59,595 nt of DNA, taken from the sequence record DRR723986_2326. The stretch is one strand, 5' to 3'. The notes below the pieces were generated by a model. It saw nothing but the letters and a program-made list of their open reading frames with translations, was not told where the DNA came from and did no database searches. The position numbers and the translations under genes were made by a program. Positions 17,528 through 27,062 of the stretch are shown one piece after another (within the stretch, counting starts at the first letter, position 1; the number at the start of each line of letters is the position of its first letter).

Positions 17528-19528
17528 TTAGAAGGTTTTAGCCAAAGTCAGTTTGACGTTTCTGCCCGGCGCATCGCGGGTGGACAGTTTGGTGCGGAAC
17601 TGCTTGTCAAAGATGTTTTCGATGCCTAGACGCACCTCGAACCCTTGGAACATGCCGTCTTGGGGCAGGTAAGAGACCCGCAGATTGTTCATCCCGTAGC
17701 CGGACACAGGCTCGTAAGTTGTGCCGGTGCGGGATCGGACCTGACGGTCAGATTTGCGACCTGCAACCAGTTCCCAGCTGACATCCCACGCAGGGTTGAA
17801 CCGTTTACCAACAGTCAAACGCAGGCTGTCCTCGGGGGCGTTGCGCCAGTCCTGTTCGACCCCGGCTGTTGTGGTTTCGGTGTTGTCCGTGATGTTCATG
17901 TTCAAGTCTGAATAGAACCCCGATGCATGGGCATAAGAGGCTTCGATTTCCGCGCCTTTGGTATCGACACCGGCAACGCCGCTGTACGAGGTCACATCCC
18001 ACAGGTTGGTGGTGTAGATATTGACCTTGGCGCGCAGGGTGTCGCCATCTGAGAACAGGTCATTCTTGCTGTAGGACGCGCCGATCTCGTAGGTGCGTGC
18101 CTTTTCGGGTTGTGTCATGAACGCGATCGTGCCGAAATCATCAAGGATTGGCAGGCTTTCGGTGTAGGCCCCGCTGCCGAAGATCGCGATTCCGTTGTCG
18201 AATTCGTACCGGGCCGACAGACCGCCCATCAACGCGTTGTTGGTGAACTGACGGTTCAGCGGGTCGGCGGAATTGGGGTCGCCTTTGAGGTCTTGGGTTT
18301 CGTACCGCATCGCGGGTGACAGCGTGAACTGTTCGGTCACTTCGATATCATCAACGACAAAGAACGCCACACGCCGGTCTGTACCGCCGGGGGCAGCAAA
18401 GGCTGTTTTCCGCTTGCGTTCAATGACTTCGACACCTGCGCGCAGATCATGGGCCATTGTGCCCGTCTGGAAATACGAGGTGTTCTTGGCTGTCAGTTTG
18501 GTGATCTCGTACCGCTGTTTGGTGCTGTACAGCGGCGATCCACCGGGGGTCAGCGGTGTCAGGTCGATAACCTGATCAGAGTAGGTCAGGTTGACGTCAA
18601 GATCGATCAGATCGTTGTTAACTGGACTATAGCGATAACGGATGCCGGTGACTTCGCTGTCGGTTTTACGATCCACGTTGGCAAAGCCTGTGACCCCACC
18701 CGCAAAGGTATCATACGGCACATCTTTTTCATCAGTCGAAGACTTGTTGTAAGACAGCGTTACAGAGTGGTCATCGTTGTTTCCAAAGGTGTATTTACCC
18801 TTGGCCAGGAACGAGGGCATATCGAATTTGGTGTCAGCGATGACCGCGCCATTGCCGTTGTCCTGATCGCCTTGTTCACGGTGGGTATAGTTCAGCAGGA
18901 ATTCCCAGTTCTTGCTGGGTTGCCATGCCAGAATGCTAGAGGACAAGAAGCCGTCGCCATTGGAATTGCCCCCAAAGGTCTGACGGAACTTAAAGCCGGG
19001 TTCGCCCCCGGTGAAATCTGATGCGTCTTTGGTTTCAAGCTGGACGACACCGCCGATGACACCCGATCCAAATTCAAACGACCCGACGGTGCCGCGAATG
19101 ACCGACACGCTTTTGTACAGTTCGGGGTCGGTATAGAGCTGTGTTCCGATGCGATACAGTTCTTCGGAACCCGTGGTGGCCCCGTCGATCTGGATCAGAA
19201 CTTTTTGATCGGTCCCATAGGTGCCATTGGCGCCAAAGCCGCGAATGTTGATGCCCGACCCTTGCGGGTTTGACCCGTTCACCAGCGTTACGCCGGGCAC
19301 CGAGTCGACCAGTTCAGCCACGGTGCTGGCCTGACGGTCATTGATCTCTTCTTGGTCGATGTTGGTGACGGGCACGGCGGTGTCGGTTTGCACCTCGCGC
19401 TTGCTTTCACCCAGCTCAATCGTGCCTAGGAATTCTTCGTCTTGGTCTTGGGCGGAAACGGAAGAGGCGATGAGGCTGAGGCAAGAAGCCGTGCCCAATA
19501 GGCCCATCATTAGATTACGTGTGCGCAT
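17528..19528 (-). CDS. TonB-dependent receptor, probably for heme (HmuR-like)
   Basis: Signal peptide; plug motifs INIRGFG and IQIDG; GRNVKLTLAKTF with terminal Phe; divergent from hmuSTUV. Confidence 0.9.
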   Translation of the reverse strand: MRTRNLMMGLLGTASCLSLIASSVSAQDQDEEFLGTIELGESKREVQTDTAVPVTNIDQEEINDRQASTVAELVDSVPGVTLVNGSNPQGSGINIRGFGANGTYGTDQKVLIQIDGATTGSEELYRIGTQLYTDPELYKSVSVIRGTVGSFEFGSGVIGGVVQLETKDASDFTGGEPGFKFRQTFGGNSNGDGFLSSSILAWQPSKNWEFLLNYTHREQGDQDNGNGAVIADTKFDMPSFLAKGKYTFGNNDDHSVTLSYNKSSTDEKDVPYDTFAGGVTGFANVDRKTDSEVTGIRYRYSPVNNDLIDLDVNLTYSDQVIDLTPLTPGGSPLYSTKQRYEITKLTAKNTSYFQTGTMAHDLRAGVEVIERKRKTAFAAPGGTDRRVAFFVVDDIEVTEQFTLSPAMRYETQDLKGDPNSADPLNRQFTNNALMGGLSARYEFDNGIAIFGSGAYTESLPILDDFGTIAFMTQPEKARTYEIGASYSKNDLFSDGDTLRAKVNIYTTNLWDVTSYSGVAGVDTKGAEIEASYAHASGFYSDLNMNITDNTETTTAGVEQDWRNAPEDSLRLTVGKRFNPAWDVSWELVAGRKSDRQVRSRTGTTYEPVSGYGMNNLRVSYLPQDGMFQGFEVRLGIENIFDKQFRTKLSTRDAPGRNVKLTLAKTF

Positions 19529-19643
19529 GTCTGTCCCTTTGATGCGTTCGATGACTCAAAAGGCTGGCAAGGCGCTGGCGTAGGTCTGAATTTTATTATC
19601 TTTTTCGGAATCGATGTTCCGATGACTTGAGTTCGTTAATAAA

Positions 19644-19662
19644 GCTTACTAAAACAGTCAAC
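19644..19662. promoter_or_regulatory. Putative iron-responsive operator (Iron-Rhodo-box-like)
   Basis: GCTTACTAAAACAGTCAAC, i.e. TTGAC-N7-GTAAG on the minus strand; imperfect dyad between divergent heme uptake operons. Confidence 0.55.
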
Positions 19663-19762
19663 ATATTTTGTTGTTATGTGAACAACTCTGCGAGCAACAG
19701 CGTCACATTTGTGATGGTTAGCCAGCGTTCCCCTAAAATATCAAGACAGGATGGGAATTCCT

Positions 19763-20818
19763 ATGACTAATCAGGCTGTTATGTCCCCCGACTCAATTCG
19801 TGCTGCACGTGCAGACGCCCCGAAATTGCGGGATCGCGATCTTGCTGATCAATTGGGAATCACCGAAGCGCAACTGGTTGCAGCCTATGTCGGCATTGAT
19901 GTGACACGGATCTCGGCCAATCTGGATGATGTGTTTTCGCGCCTGAATGGCTTGGGCGAAGTGATGGCGTTGACGCGCAACACATCTTGTGTGTGCGAAA
20001 AAGTTGGCCAATACGACAACTATCATTCGGGCAAACATGCCTCGATGGTGCTGACGGCGGACATTGATCTGCGCATGTTCCCATCCCATTGGGTGTCTGC
20101 TTTTGCAATCGAACGGGCCAGCGACGCGGGCATGAAACGCTCGTTGCAGTTCTTTGATGCGGCTGGCGATGCGGTTCACAAGATATTCCTGCGGGATGGG
20201 TCAGATGTTGCCCATTTTGACCAGATCATTCTGGACTTGGCGATGGTGGATCAGAGCCAATCGTTGGAGGTTGGGCCGCGCGCACCGACCGAAGTCGCCA
20301 AAGGTGATCCTGCAAAGGCAGACATTTTGCGGGCGGAATGGGCCAAGATGACGGACACGCACCAGTTCATGCGCCTGACCTCGAAATTGAAAATGAACCG
20401 TTTGGGGGCCTATCGCATGGCCGGTGAACCCTTGGCACGCGCGTTAGAGCCGGGCGAGATTGATACCATGCTTGAGGCGGTCCGGGATCAGGCCATCGAA
20501 GTGATGGTGTTTGTCGGCAACCGCGGGTGCATCGAAATCCACGGTGGCCCGATTGAAACACTGAAATCGATGGGTCCATGGCAAAACGTGTTGGATGCGC
20601 GGTTCAATCTGCACCTGCGGTCTGATCACATCGCCGAGGTTTGGGCCGTGACCAAGCCAACGCAGCGGGGCCCGGCGGTCTCGGTCGAAGCGTTTGATGC
20701 TGAGGGTGGGCTGATTTTCCAAACTTTTGGACGTCGTACCGAGGCTGGTGATTTCCGGCCACAATGGAACGAGCTGGTTGCTGGTTTGAAATCTGTTGGT
20801 GTTGAGGAGCCTGCGTAA
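19763..20818 (+). CDS. hmuS: Hemin-degrading / trafficking factor HemS/ChuS
   Basis: Duplicated domains (MALTRN, DLRMF, SLQFFD, HKIF; FVGNRGC, FNLHLR); alternative start at 19751. Confidence 0.93.
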   Translation: MTNQAVMSPDSIRAARADAPKLRDRDLADQLGITEAQLVAAYVGIDVTRISANLDDVFSRLNGLGEVMALTRNTSCVCEKVGQYDNYHSGKHASMVLTADIDLRMFPSHWVSAFAIERASDAGMKRSLQFFDAAGDAVHKIFLRDGSDVAHFDQIILDLAMVDQSQSLEVGPRAPTEVAKGDPAKADILRAEWAKMTDTHQFMRLTSKLKMNRLGAYRMAGEPLARALEPGEIDTMLEAVRDQAIEVMVFVGNRGCIEIHGGPIETLKSMGPWQNVLDARFNLHLRSDHIAEVWAVTKPTQRGPAVSVEAFDAEGGLIFQTFGRRTEAGDFRPQWNELVAGLKSVGVEEPA

Positions 20819-21699
20819 TGTCGTTTGACGGATTCCCCTCTTTAAGGCGCGGGTTGATCCTAGGCGCTGTGTTGATTTGTGCGGGGCAAGTTGCCTTTGC
20901 CCAAGAGCGCGCAAACCGGATCATCGCCATTGGCAATTCGGTGACCGAAATCGTTTACGAACTGGGACAGGACCGCCGTTTGGCGGGCCGAGACCGGACC
21001 TCGACCTATCCGGCCGAGGCAAATGGGTTGCCCGATATTGGCTATATGCGGGCTTTGTCCCCTGAAGGCGTATTGTCGGTTGATCCAGACATGATCCTGT
21101 CCGTCGAAGGCGCGGGCCCGCCCGAGGCGATTGCCGTGCTGGAGAAGGCAAATGTGCGGTACGTGCCGATCCCCGAGGTGTTCACACGAGATGGGATTGT
21201 CACCAAAATCCACATGGTCGGTGAAGCACTGAACGAGGCCGAGGCCGCTGATGCGTTGGCGCGCCGGGTTGGTGCAGAGATCGATGCGGCAGAGGCGGCG
21301 GCCATTGATGCAATTCAAGGATCGCCAAAGCGGGTGATGTTCATTCTGTCGATCCAAGGCGGGCGGATTATGGCATCCGGGACAGATACCGCGGCGGATG
21401 GGATTATCCGTATGTCAGGGGGCACAAATGCCGTCACCGGGTTTTCCGGCTATAAACCCGTGACGCCCGAGGCTGTGACCCAAGCCGCCCCGGACGTGAT
21501 CCTGATGATGGATCGCGGCGGCGATCATGGGGTTGCAACGGCCGAGCTGTTCTCGATCCCGGCCATGATGTTGACCCCAGCGGCGCGGACCAAAACCGTG
21601 GTGCGGATGGATGGGGCGCATTTGTTGGGCTTTGGCCCACGCACCGCAAGCGCCATCACGCAACTGTCTGACGCGTTGTCCGGAGGGTCAGAGTCGTGA
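20818..21699 (+). CDS. hmuT: Heme ABC transporter periplasmic binding protein
   Basis: VTEIVYELG, IGYMRALSPEG (heme-ligating Tyr) and LLGFGPR motifs. Confidence 0.92.
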   Translation: MSFDGFPSLRRGLILGAVLICAGQVAFAQERANRIIAIGNSVTEIVYELGQDRRLAGRDRTSTYPAEANGLPDIGYMRALSPEGVLSVDPDMILSVEGAGPPEAIAVLEKANVRYVPIPEVFTRDGIVTKIHMVGEALNEAEAADALARRVGAEIDAAEAAAIDAIQGSPKRVMFILSIQGGRIMASGTDTAADGIIRMSGGTNAVTGFSGYKPVTPEAVTQAAPDVILMMDRGGDHGVATAELFSIPAMMLTPAARTKTVVRMDGAHLLGFGPRTASAITQLSDALSGGSES

Positions 21700-22772
21700 C
21701 GCTTGCAACGGATCAGGCGATTCCGGCTGCGCCGTTGCTGGATCGGCGTGTGCTGGCGCGGCGCATGACGTGGATCTTGGTGGCGGTGCTTGTCATCGTC
21801 AGCCTCACCAGTCTGACAATGGGGGCCTCGGGGGCCTCGGTCACGCGCTTGATGTCCGATTTGATCGCTGGACGGGCTGTTGAACAACTGGACCAGATCG
21901 TTCTGTGGGACATTCGTCTGCCAAGATTGATGATGGGTATGCTCGTGGGTGCGGGATTGGCCGTGTCGGGTGTGGTGATGCAGGGTTTGTTTCGCAACCC
22001 CTTGGCCGATCCCGGCATTGTTGGTGTCGGGGCAGGGGCCGCGCTGGGGGCTGTATCTGCTATCGTTTTGGGGGGTCTTTTGCCGGTCGCGATCCGGGAT
22101 TGGGCCGGAAGCTGGTTGATTATCCTGTCCGCATTTCTGGGGGGCTGGGGATCAACGTTGATCTTGTACCGGGTTGCGACCCGGCGGGGTCAGACCTCGG
22201 TCGCGACGATGTTATTGGCGGGGATTGCCCTAGGTGCGTTGGCGGGTGCGGTTGGCGGTATCCTTGTCTATATGGCGGATGACCGGCAATTGCGCGACCT
22301 GACATTTTGGGGGATGGGATCGCTGGCTGGCGCCACATGGTCCAAGGTTCTGAGCCTGGCCCCGGTTGTTCTGGGCGCAATGGCCATAAGCCTGATTTTG
22401 GCGCGCAGTTTGAACGGTTTGGCCCTGGGCGAGGCTGTGGCGAACCACATTGGAATTCCCGTTCAGCGGACCAAAAACATCGCAATCCTGACGGTTGCGG
22501 CGGCAACGGGGGCGGCGGTGGCTGTGTCGGGCGGCATTGGGTTCATCGGGATTGTCGTGCCGCATGTGCTGCGCCTGTCCACAGGGCCGGACCATCATCG
22601 TTTGTTGCCAAATGCGGCCCTGTTGGGCGCGGCTTTGCTGTTGGTCGCGGATATGATCAGTCGCACGATTATAGCCCCGGCTGAGCTGCCGATTGGGATT
22701 ATTACCGCCATTCTGGGCGCTCCGGTCTTTCTTTGGATCTTGCTGCGCCGTCATGGCGTGATGGGGATGTAG
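21696..22772 (+). CDS. hmuU: Heme ABC transporter permease (FecCD family)
   Basis: IRLPR, FRNPLADPG, IGFIGIVVPH and ELPIGIITA motifs. Confidence 0.93.
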   Translation: MTLATDQAIPAAPLLDRRVLARRMTWILVAVLVIVSLTSLTMGASGASVTRLMSDLIAGRAVEQLDQIVLWDIRLPRLMMGMLVGAGLAVSGVVMQGLFRNPLADPGIVGVGAGAALGAVSAIVLGGLLPVAIRDWAGSWLIILSAFLGGWGSTLILYRVATRRGQTSVATMLLAGIALGALAGAVGGILVYMADDRQLRDLTFWGMGSLAGATWSKVLSLAPVVLGAMAISLILARSLNGLALGEAVANHIGIPVQRTKNIAILTVAAATGAAVAVSGGIGFIGIVVPHVLRLSTGPDHHRLLPNAALLGAALLLVADMISRTIIAPAELPIGIITAILGAPVFLWILLRRHGVMGM

Positions 22773-22774
22773 CT

Positions 22775-23557
22775 ATGAAAGCAACAGATATACGCGTGCG
22801 TATTGGGCGCAAAGATATCCTGCATGGTGTGGATTTTGAGGCCGCGGCGGGGGAGGTCACCGCTATCATCGGGCCAAATGGGTCGGGGAAATCCACGCTG
22901 CTCAAGGCGATGACCGGTGAGGTGCCATATGAAGGCACGGTTGAATTAAACGGTCAGGATATCCAATCCCTGCAACCTTGGGAGCTGGCCCCCGTGCGTG
23001 GGGTGCTGCCGCAATCTGCCGCTGTCGCCTTTCCCTTTACGGTGCTTGAGATTGTGCGTTTGGGGTTGATGGAGGGTTGGGCGGCACAAGAGCGCGCACT
23101 GCCGTCGCAGGCGTTGGCGCGGGTGGATTTGGCTGGGTTCGAAAACCGGTTCTTTCAGGATCTATCGGGTGGTGAACAGCAACGTGTTCAGCTGGCCCGC
23201 GTCTTGGCGCAGGTCTGGCAGCCGGTGATAGAGGGCACGCCTCGGTGGCTGTTTCTGGACGAACCTGTGGCCAGTCTGGACATTGCGCACCAATTCACGG
23301 TTCTGGATGTTGCGCGCGCCTTTGCCGATCAGGGCGGCGGGGTTGTGCTGGTGATGCATGATCTGAACCTGACTGCCATGTTTGCGGATCAAATCTCGGT
23401 CATGCATGCGGGGCGTGTTCATTGTCATGGATCCCCTCAGCAAACCTTGACCCAAGACATGCTGCGCGACGTCTATGGCTGTGAGTTGAATCTGAACGCG
23501 GTGCCGTCAGATAGCGCGCCGTTCTTGCTGCCCCAGATGCGCCAAATGCACGCTTAG
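22775..23557 (+). CDS. hmuV: Heme ABC transporter ATPase
   Basis: GPNGSGKST, LSGGEQQRVQLARVLAQ, LDEP and HDLNL motifs. Confidence 0.93.
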   Translation: MKATDIRVRIGRKDILHGVDFEAAAGEVTAIIGPNGSGKSTLLKAMTGEVPYEGTVELNGQDIQSLQPWELAPVRGVLPQSAAVAFPFTVLEIVRLGLMEGWAAQERALPSQALARVDLAGFENRFFQDLSGGEQQRVQLARVLAQVWQPVIEGTPRWLFLDEPVASLDIAHQFTVLDVARAFADQGGGVVLVMHDLNLTAMFADQISVMHAGRVHCHGSPQQTLTQDMLRDVYGCELNLNAVPSDSAPFLLPQMRQMHA

Positions 23558-23665
23558 AGAGGGCGTGGCGGTCATGGGGGGCATCGTGGTCTGGCTATCT
23601 GTCGGTATTGGTGGTTCAAAACGTAAAACACGCTAGGCTTGCACAAACCAACCAAGGAGTCCCCC

Positions 23666-24061
23666 ATGACCGTATCCCGCATCGGCACCCAACCCGTATT
23701 GCCCAATGGCGTCACTGTGCCATTGATCCCCGCAACCCGCTGTGCCGGTTTGATTTTCTGCTCAGGTGCCTTGGGTATTGATGAAAATTTCAAAGTTGTA
23801 GACGGCGGGATCGGGGCGCAAACGCGTCAGGCGATTGCCAATCTTGAACAGGTTCTGGCCGCAGCCGGGGCCAGCCTGTCGGACGTGGCCAAAACAACGG
23901 TTTGGCTGACCGATCTGGCGGACTTTGCTGAGTTCAACGCCGCCTATGCTGCTGCTTTTGGCGATGGGGTGCCTGCGCGATCCACTGTCACATCGGCTTT
24001 GGCCATCCCCGGCGCGTTGGTCGAGATCGAGGCCATTGCCGCTGATCCCAGCGCAGGCTGA
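23666..24061 (+). CDS. RidA / YjgF family enamine-imine deaminase
   Basis: AAGGAG RBS; SGALG, FNAAY, PARST (catalytic Arg) and VEIEAIA motifs. Confidence 0.9.
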   Translation: MTVSRIGTQPVLPNGVTVPLIPATRCAGLIFCSGALGIDENFKVVDGGIGAQTRQAIANLEQVLAAAGASLSDVAKTTVWLTDLADFAEFNAAYAAAFGDGVPARSTVTSALAIPGALVEIEAIAADPSAG

Positions 24062-24165
24062 TCTGCGCTAGATTGCTCAGAGGCGGTTGATTTCTTTGAT
24101 GATTCCGCCTCTGGCTGCTGTTTGGTCGGGGTCTTTTTACTCAACGTCACAGATTTGTCTTTAAA

Positions 24166-24189
24166 ATAGAATTTGAATTCTAATTCTAT
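24166..24189. promoter_or_regulatory. AT-rich nested palindrome, putative TetR operator
   Basis: ATAGAATT-N8-AATTCTAT, with inner TAGAATT-TG-AATTCTA, about 90 bp upstream of dctP. Confidence 0.55.
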
Positions 24190-24276
24190 AAATTCTTATC
24201 CTGCCCGCAGGGCGCCGGGATTCGGCGTAAGAGAGGATAAGGCGCGGCCAACTGCGTCTGTTTAGGGAGAAGACTG

Positions 24277-25278
24277 ATGATCCACGCGCTTGTAAAAGCC
24301 GCTGCTGCCGCTGTTGTTGCGGTTGCGCTGACCCCCGCCGTAAGTTTTGCCAAGACCGAGCTTAAGGCGGCCACTTTGGCGCCGGAGGGCACGCCTTGGT
24401 TTGATTTCCTCAGCAAGTGGAAACAGGCCGTTGAGGCCGCCAGCGACGGCGAAATCGACATTCAGATTTTCCCTAGCGCGCAGTTGGGCAATGAATGGGA
24501 AGTGTGGAACAAGGTCGCCAAGGGTCGGATCGAAATCGGTCTGTTCAGTGCTGCGGTGATGTCCGAAAAAGTGCCGCCTATGGCCTTGATGAGCACGCCG
24601 TTCCTGTTCGACAGCGAACAGACCGCCTATTGCGTCTACGACACTGAATTAAAGGGTGAATTCACCGAATTACTTGAGGATCGGTTCAAGGTCATTTCGT
24701 GGGGCGAAACAGGCTGGGTACAAGTTTATGCTCAGGATGATCTGTCAGATGTGGCGAACGCAGATGGCTATAAGACCCGCGTGGCCCCACAGGCGATGTC
24801 GCGGACATTGTGGGCGTCAGTCGGGGCCAACGGTGTTGAAATCCCGTTTGCTGATACGCCTGCGGCTTTGCAAACCGGGCTGGTGCGCAGTGGCGAGGCG
24901 ACAGGCATTTCTTATGTGGCCTTTGGTCTGAACAAGGTCGCGCCGCATTTGATGCTGACACGTCACATGCATCAGGCCGGGTCGATCATGATGGGCAAAA
25001 AGGTCTGGAACAAGCTGAGCGAAGACGAACAAGCCATCCTGATCGACAACATGCCTGACCTGAACGAATTGCGTCAGGGGGTTATGGGTGTCGAACAGTA
25101 TCTGATCGGCCAATACGAAGAGGCGGGCGGTCTGGTCCAACATCTGACACCGGAACAGCGCGCCGCTTGGAAAGCCAAGGTAGAACCGAATTGGCCTGCG
25201 TTTGTCGAAGATCTGGGCCCCGAGGCGGTTGCGTTGTGGCCGCGCGTTCTTGAGGCCAAGAAAGCCTGCGGCGAGTAA
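24277..25278 (+). CDS. dctP: TRAP transporter substrate-binding protein DctP
   Basis: Signal peptide; ATLAPEGTPW, FPSAQLG, GYKTR and ALQTGLV motifs. Confidence 0.9.
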   Translation: MIHALVKAAAAAVVAVALTPAVSFAKTELKAATLAPEGTPWFDFLSKWKQAVEAASDGEIDIQIFPSAQLGNEWEVWNKVAKGRIEIGLFSAAVMSEKVPPMALMSTPFLFDSEQTAYCVYDTELKGEFTELLEDRFKVISWGETGWVQVYAQDDLSDVANADGYKTRVAPQAMSRTLWASVGANGVEIPFADTPAALQTGLVRSGEATGISYVAFGLNKVAPHLMLTRHMHQAGSIMMGKKVWNKLSEDEQAILIDNMPDLNELRQGVMGVEQYLIGQYEEAGGLVQHLTPEQRAAWKAKVEPNWPAFVEDLGPEAVALWPRVLEAKKACGE

Positions 25279-25283
25279 TTGGG

Positions 25284-25778
25284 ATGCAGGTCAGCCGTCG
25301 CATTCTGTCGGGATTGTTTGCTGTCGATGTGACGGTTGCAATCTCGGCCTATGTCGCCATTGCCGTGTTGTTGCTGGGCGATGTGATCTTGCGGGAAACC
25401 GGGGGTGGTTCGTTATGGGGCGCCCAACGGATTTCTGTCTATCTGATGATTGTCATCGGGTTTTTGGGACTTGGGCTTGCGGCGGCTAAGGGGCGGCATT
25501 TGCGGCCCCAATTTCTGGATCATGTGGTGCCGGCGCGGTTTTCGGAAACTGCGGACCGGATCGGCAGCGGTTTGATGGCGTTGATCTTTGGCGGATTTGG
25601 CGTTGTTGGCGTGCAATTTGTGACTGAAGCTATCGAATACGGCGACATGGCGCGGATCATCGACATCCCGTTGTGGTACATCCAATTGGTTGTTCCTTAT
25701 GCCTTTTTCTCGACCGCGCTGCGCTATGTTCTGTTTGCTCTGCATCCTGAGTTGCGCCCGCAGGAGGTTCTGGAATGA
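25284..25778 (+). CDS. dctQ: TRAP small permease DctQ
   Basis: Four TM segments; DVILR and GRHL motifs; lies between dctP and dctM. Confidence 0.88.
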   Translation: MQVSRRILSGLFAVDVTVAISAYVAIAVLLLGDVILRETGGGSLWGAQRISVYLMIVIGFLGLGLAAAKGRHLRPQFLDHVVPARFSETADRIGSGLMALIFGGFGVVGVQFVTEAIEYGDMARIIDIPLWYIQLVVPYAFFSTALRYVLFALHPELRPQEVLE

Positions 25779-27037
25779 TCCTGTCTCTTGGACTGTTGTT
25801 TCTGGCGCTTGGGGCCTTGGTCCTGCGCGTTAACATTGCGGCTGTTTTGCTGTTGGTCGGGGCCTATGTGCATCTGGCCTGGGGCGATGGAGAGCTGACC
25901 TACATAATCGAAGACATGTGGGGCGCCATCGACAAAGAGGTGTTGCTGTCGATCCCGTTGTTTCTGCTGTGTGGTTCGGTCATGGGCAAAGGCGCGATAG
26001 CTGAGCGCCTGATCCGGGTGATGCGGTCGCTGACCGCGCCGGTACCTGGGGGCATGGCGTTGGCAACGATCCTGACCTGTGCAATTTTTGCTGCCATTTC
26101 TGGGTCCAGCGCAGTAACGCTGATCGCGGTGGGTTCCATCGCCTATCCGGCCCTGATTAAGGATGGGTATTCCAAAAGCTTCGCCCTTGGCGCGCTGGCC
26201 ACTGGCGGGACGTTGGGTGTGGTGATCCCGCCCTCGATTCCGATGATCCTGTATGGGATCGTGACCGAGACCTCGATCGTGGATCTGTTCACCGCTGGGA
26301 TTCTGCCGGGGCTGTTCCTGACGGTTTTGTTGGGCAGTTACACCGTGTTCGCCAATCGCCATGTGGCGCGTGAACAGTTTTCGATAGGGGAATTTGGGTC
26401 GGCGCTGAAATCGGGGATCTGGTCGCTGTTCATGCCGGTGATCCTTTTGGGCGGGATCTACTCCGGGTATTTCTCCCCAACCGAAAGCGCCGCTGTGGCG
26501 TTGGGGTATTCGCTGATCGTTGAGCGGTTTATTCACCGCCAACTGTCTTTGCGCGACCTCTATGATACCGCGTTGGACACGACCACCATGATGGGGGCGC
26601 TGTTCCCGCTGCTGGCGATTGCGCTGAGCATCAACCTGTTGCTGACTGCTGAACAGGTGCCATCACAACTGGCGGACTGGGTCGCTGGCTTTGTAGAAGA
26701 CCGCACCACGTTCCTGTTGCTGGTCAATGGTTTGCTGCTGATCGTGGGCTGTGTGATGGACATGGCATCTGCCATTTTGATCCTGGCCCCCCTGTTGCAG
26801 CAAATGGGCGAAGTCTATGGCATTGATCCGGTCCATCTGGGCGTGATCATGACCGTCAATCTTGAGATCGGTTTGCTGACACCCCCTGTTGGCCTGAACC
26901 TGATCATCGCCATGACAGCCTTTCGGGAACCCTTCAGCCTAATCGTACGCGGGGTGCTGCCGTTCATTGGCATCATGCTGTTCGGGCTGATCGTAATTTC
27001 TTTTGTGCCTGCGTTGTCCTTGTGGCTGGTTGAATGA
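25775..27037 (+). CDS. dctM: TRAP large permease DctM
   Basis: SIPLF, FAAISGSS, IPPSIPMI, PTESAA and TPPVGLNL motifs. Confidence 0.95.
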   Translation: MILSLGLLFLALGALVLRVNIAAVLLLVGAYVHLAWGDGELTYIIEDMWGAIDKEVLLSIPLFLLCGSVMGKGAIAERLIRVMRSLTAPVPGGMALATILTCAIFAAISGSSAVTLIAVGSIAYPALIKDGYSKSFALGALATGGTLGVVIPPSIPMILYGIVTETSIVDLFTAGILPGLFLTVLLGSYTVFANRHVAREQFSIGEFGSALKSGIWSLFMPVILLGGIYSGYFSPTESAAVALGYSLIVERFIHRQLSLRDLYDTALDTTTMMGALFPLLAIALSINLLLTAEQVPSQLADWVAGFVEDRTTFLLLVNGLLLIVGCVMDMASAILILAPLLQQMGEVYGIDPVHLGVIMTVNLEIGLLTPPVGLNLIIAMTAFREPFSLIVRGVLPFIGIMLFGLIVISFVPALSLWLVE

Positions 27038-27062
27038 ACAGGGAAGTGAGGAGAGAGAAACC

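Noticed and set aside
24164-24186. Irr ICE box
   Set aside because: Half-site spacing is AGAA-N6-TTCT rather than N3, and the downstream genes are not iron related.
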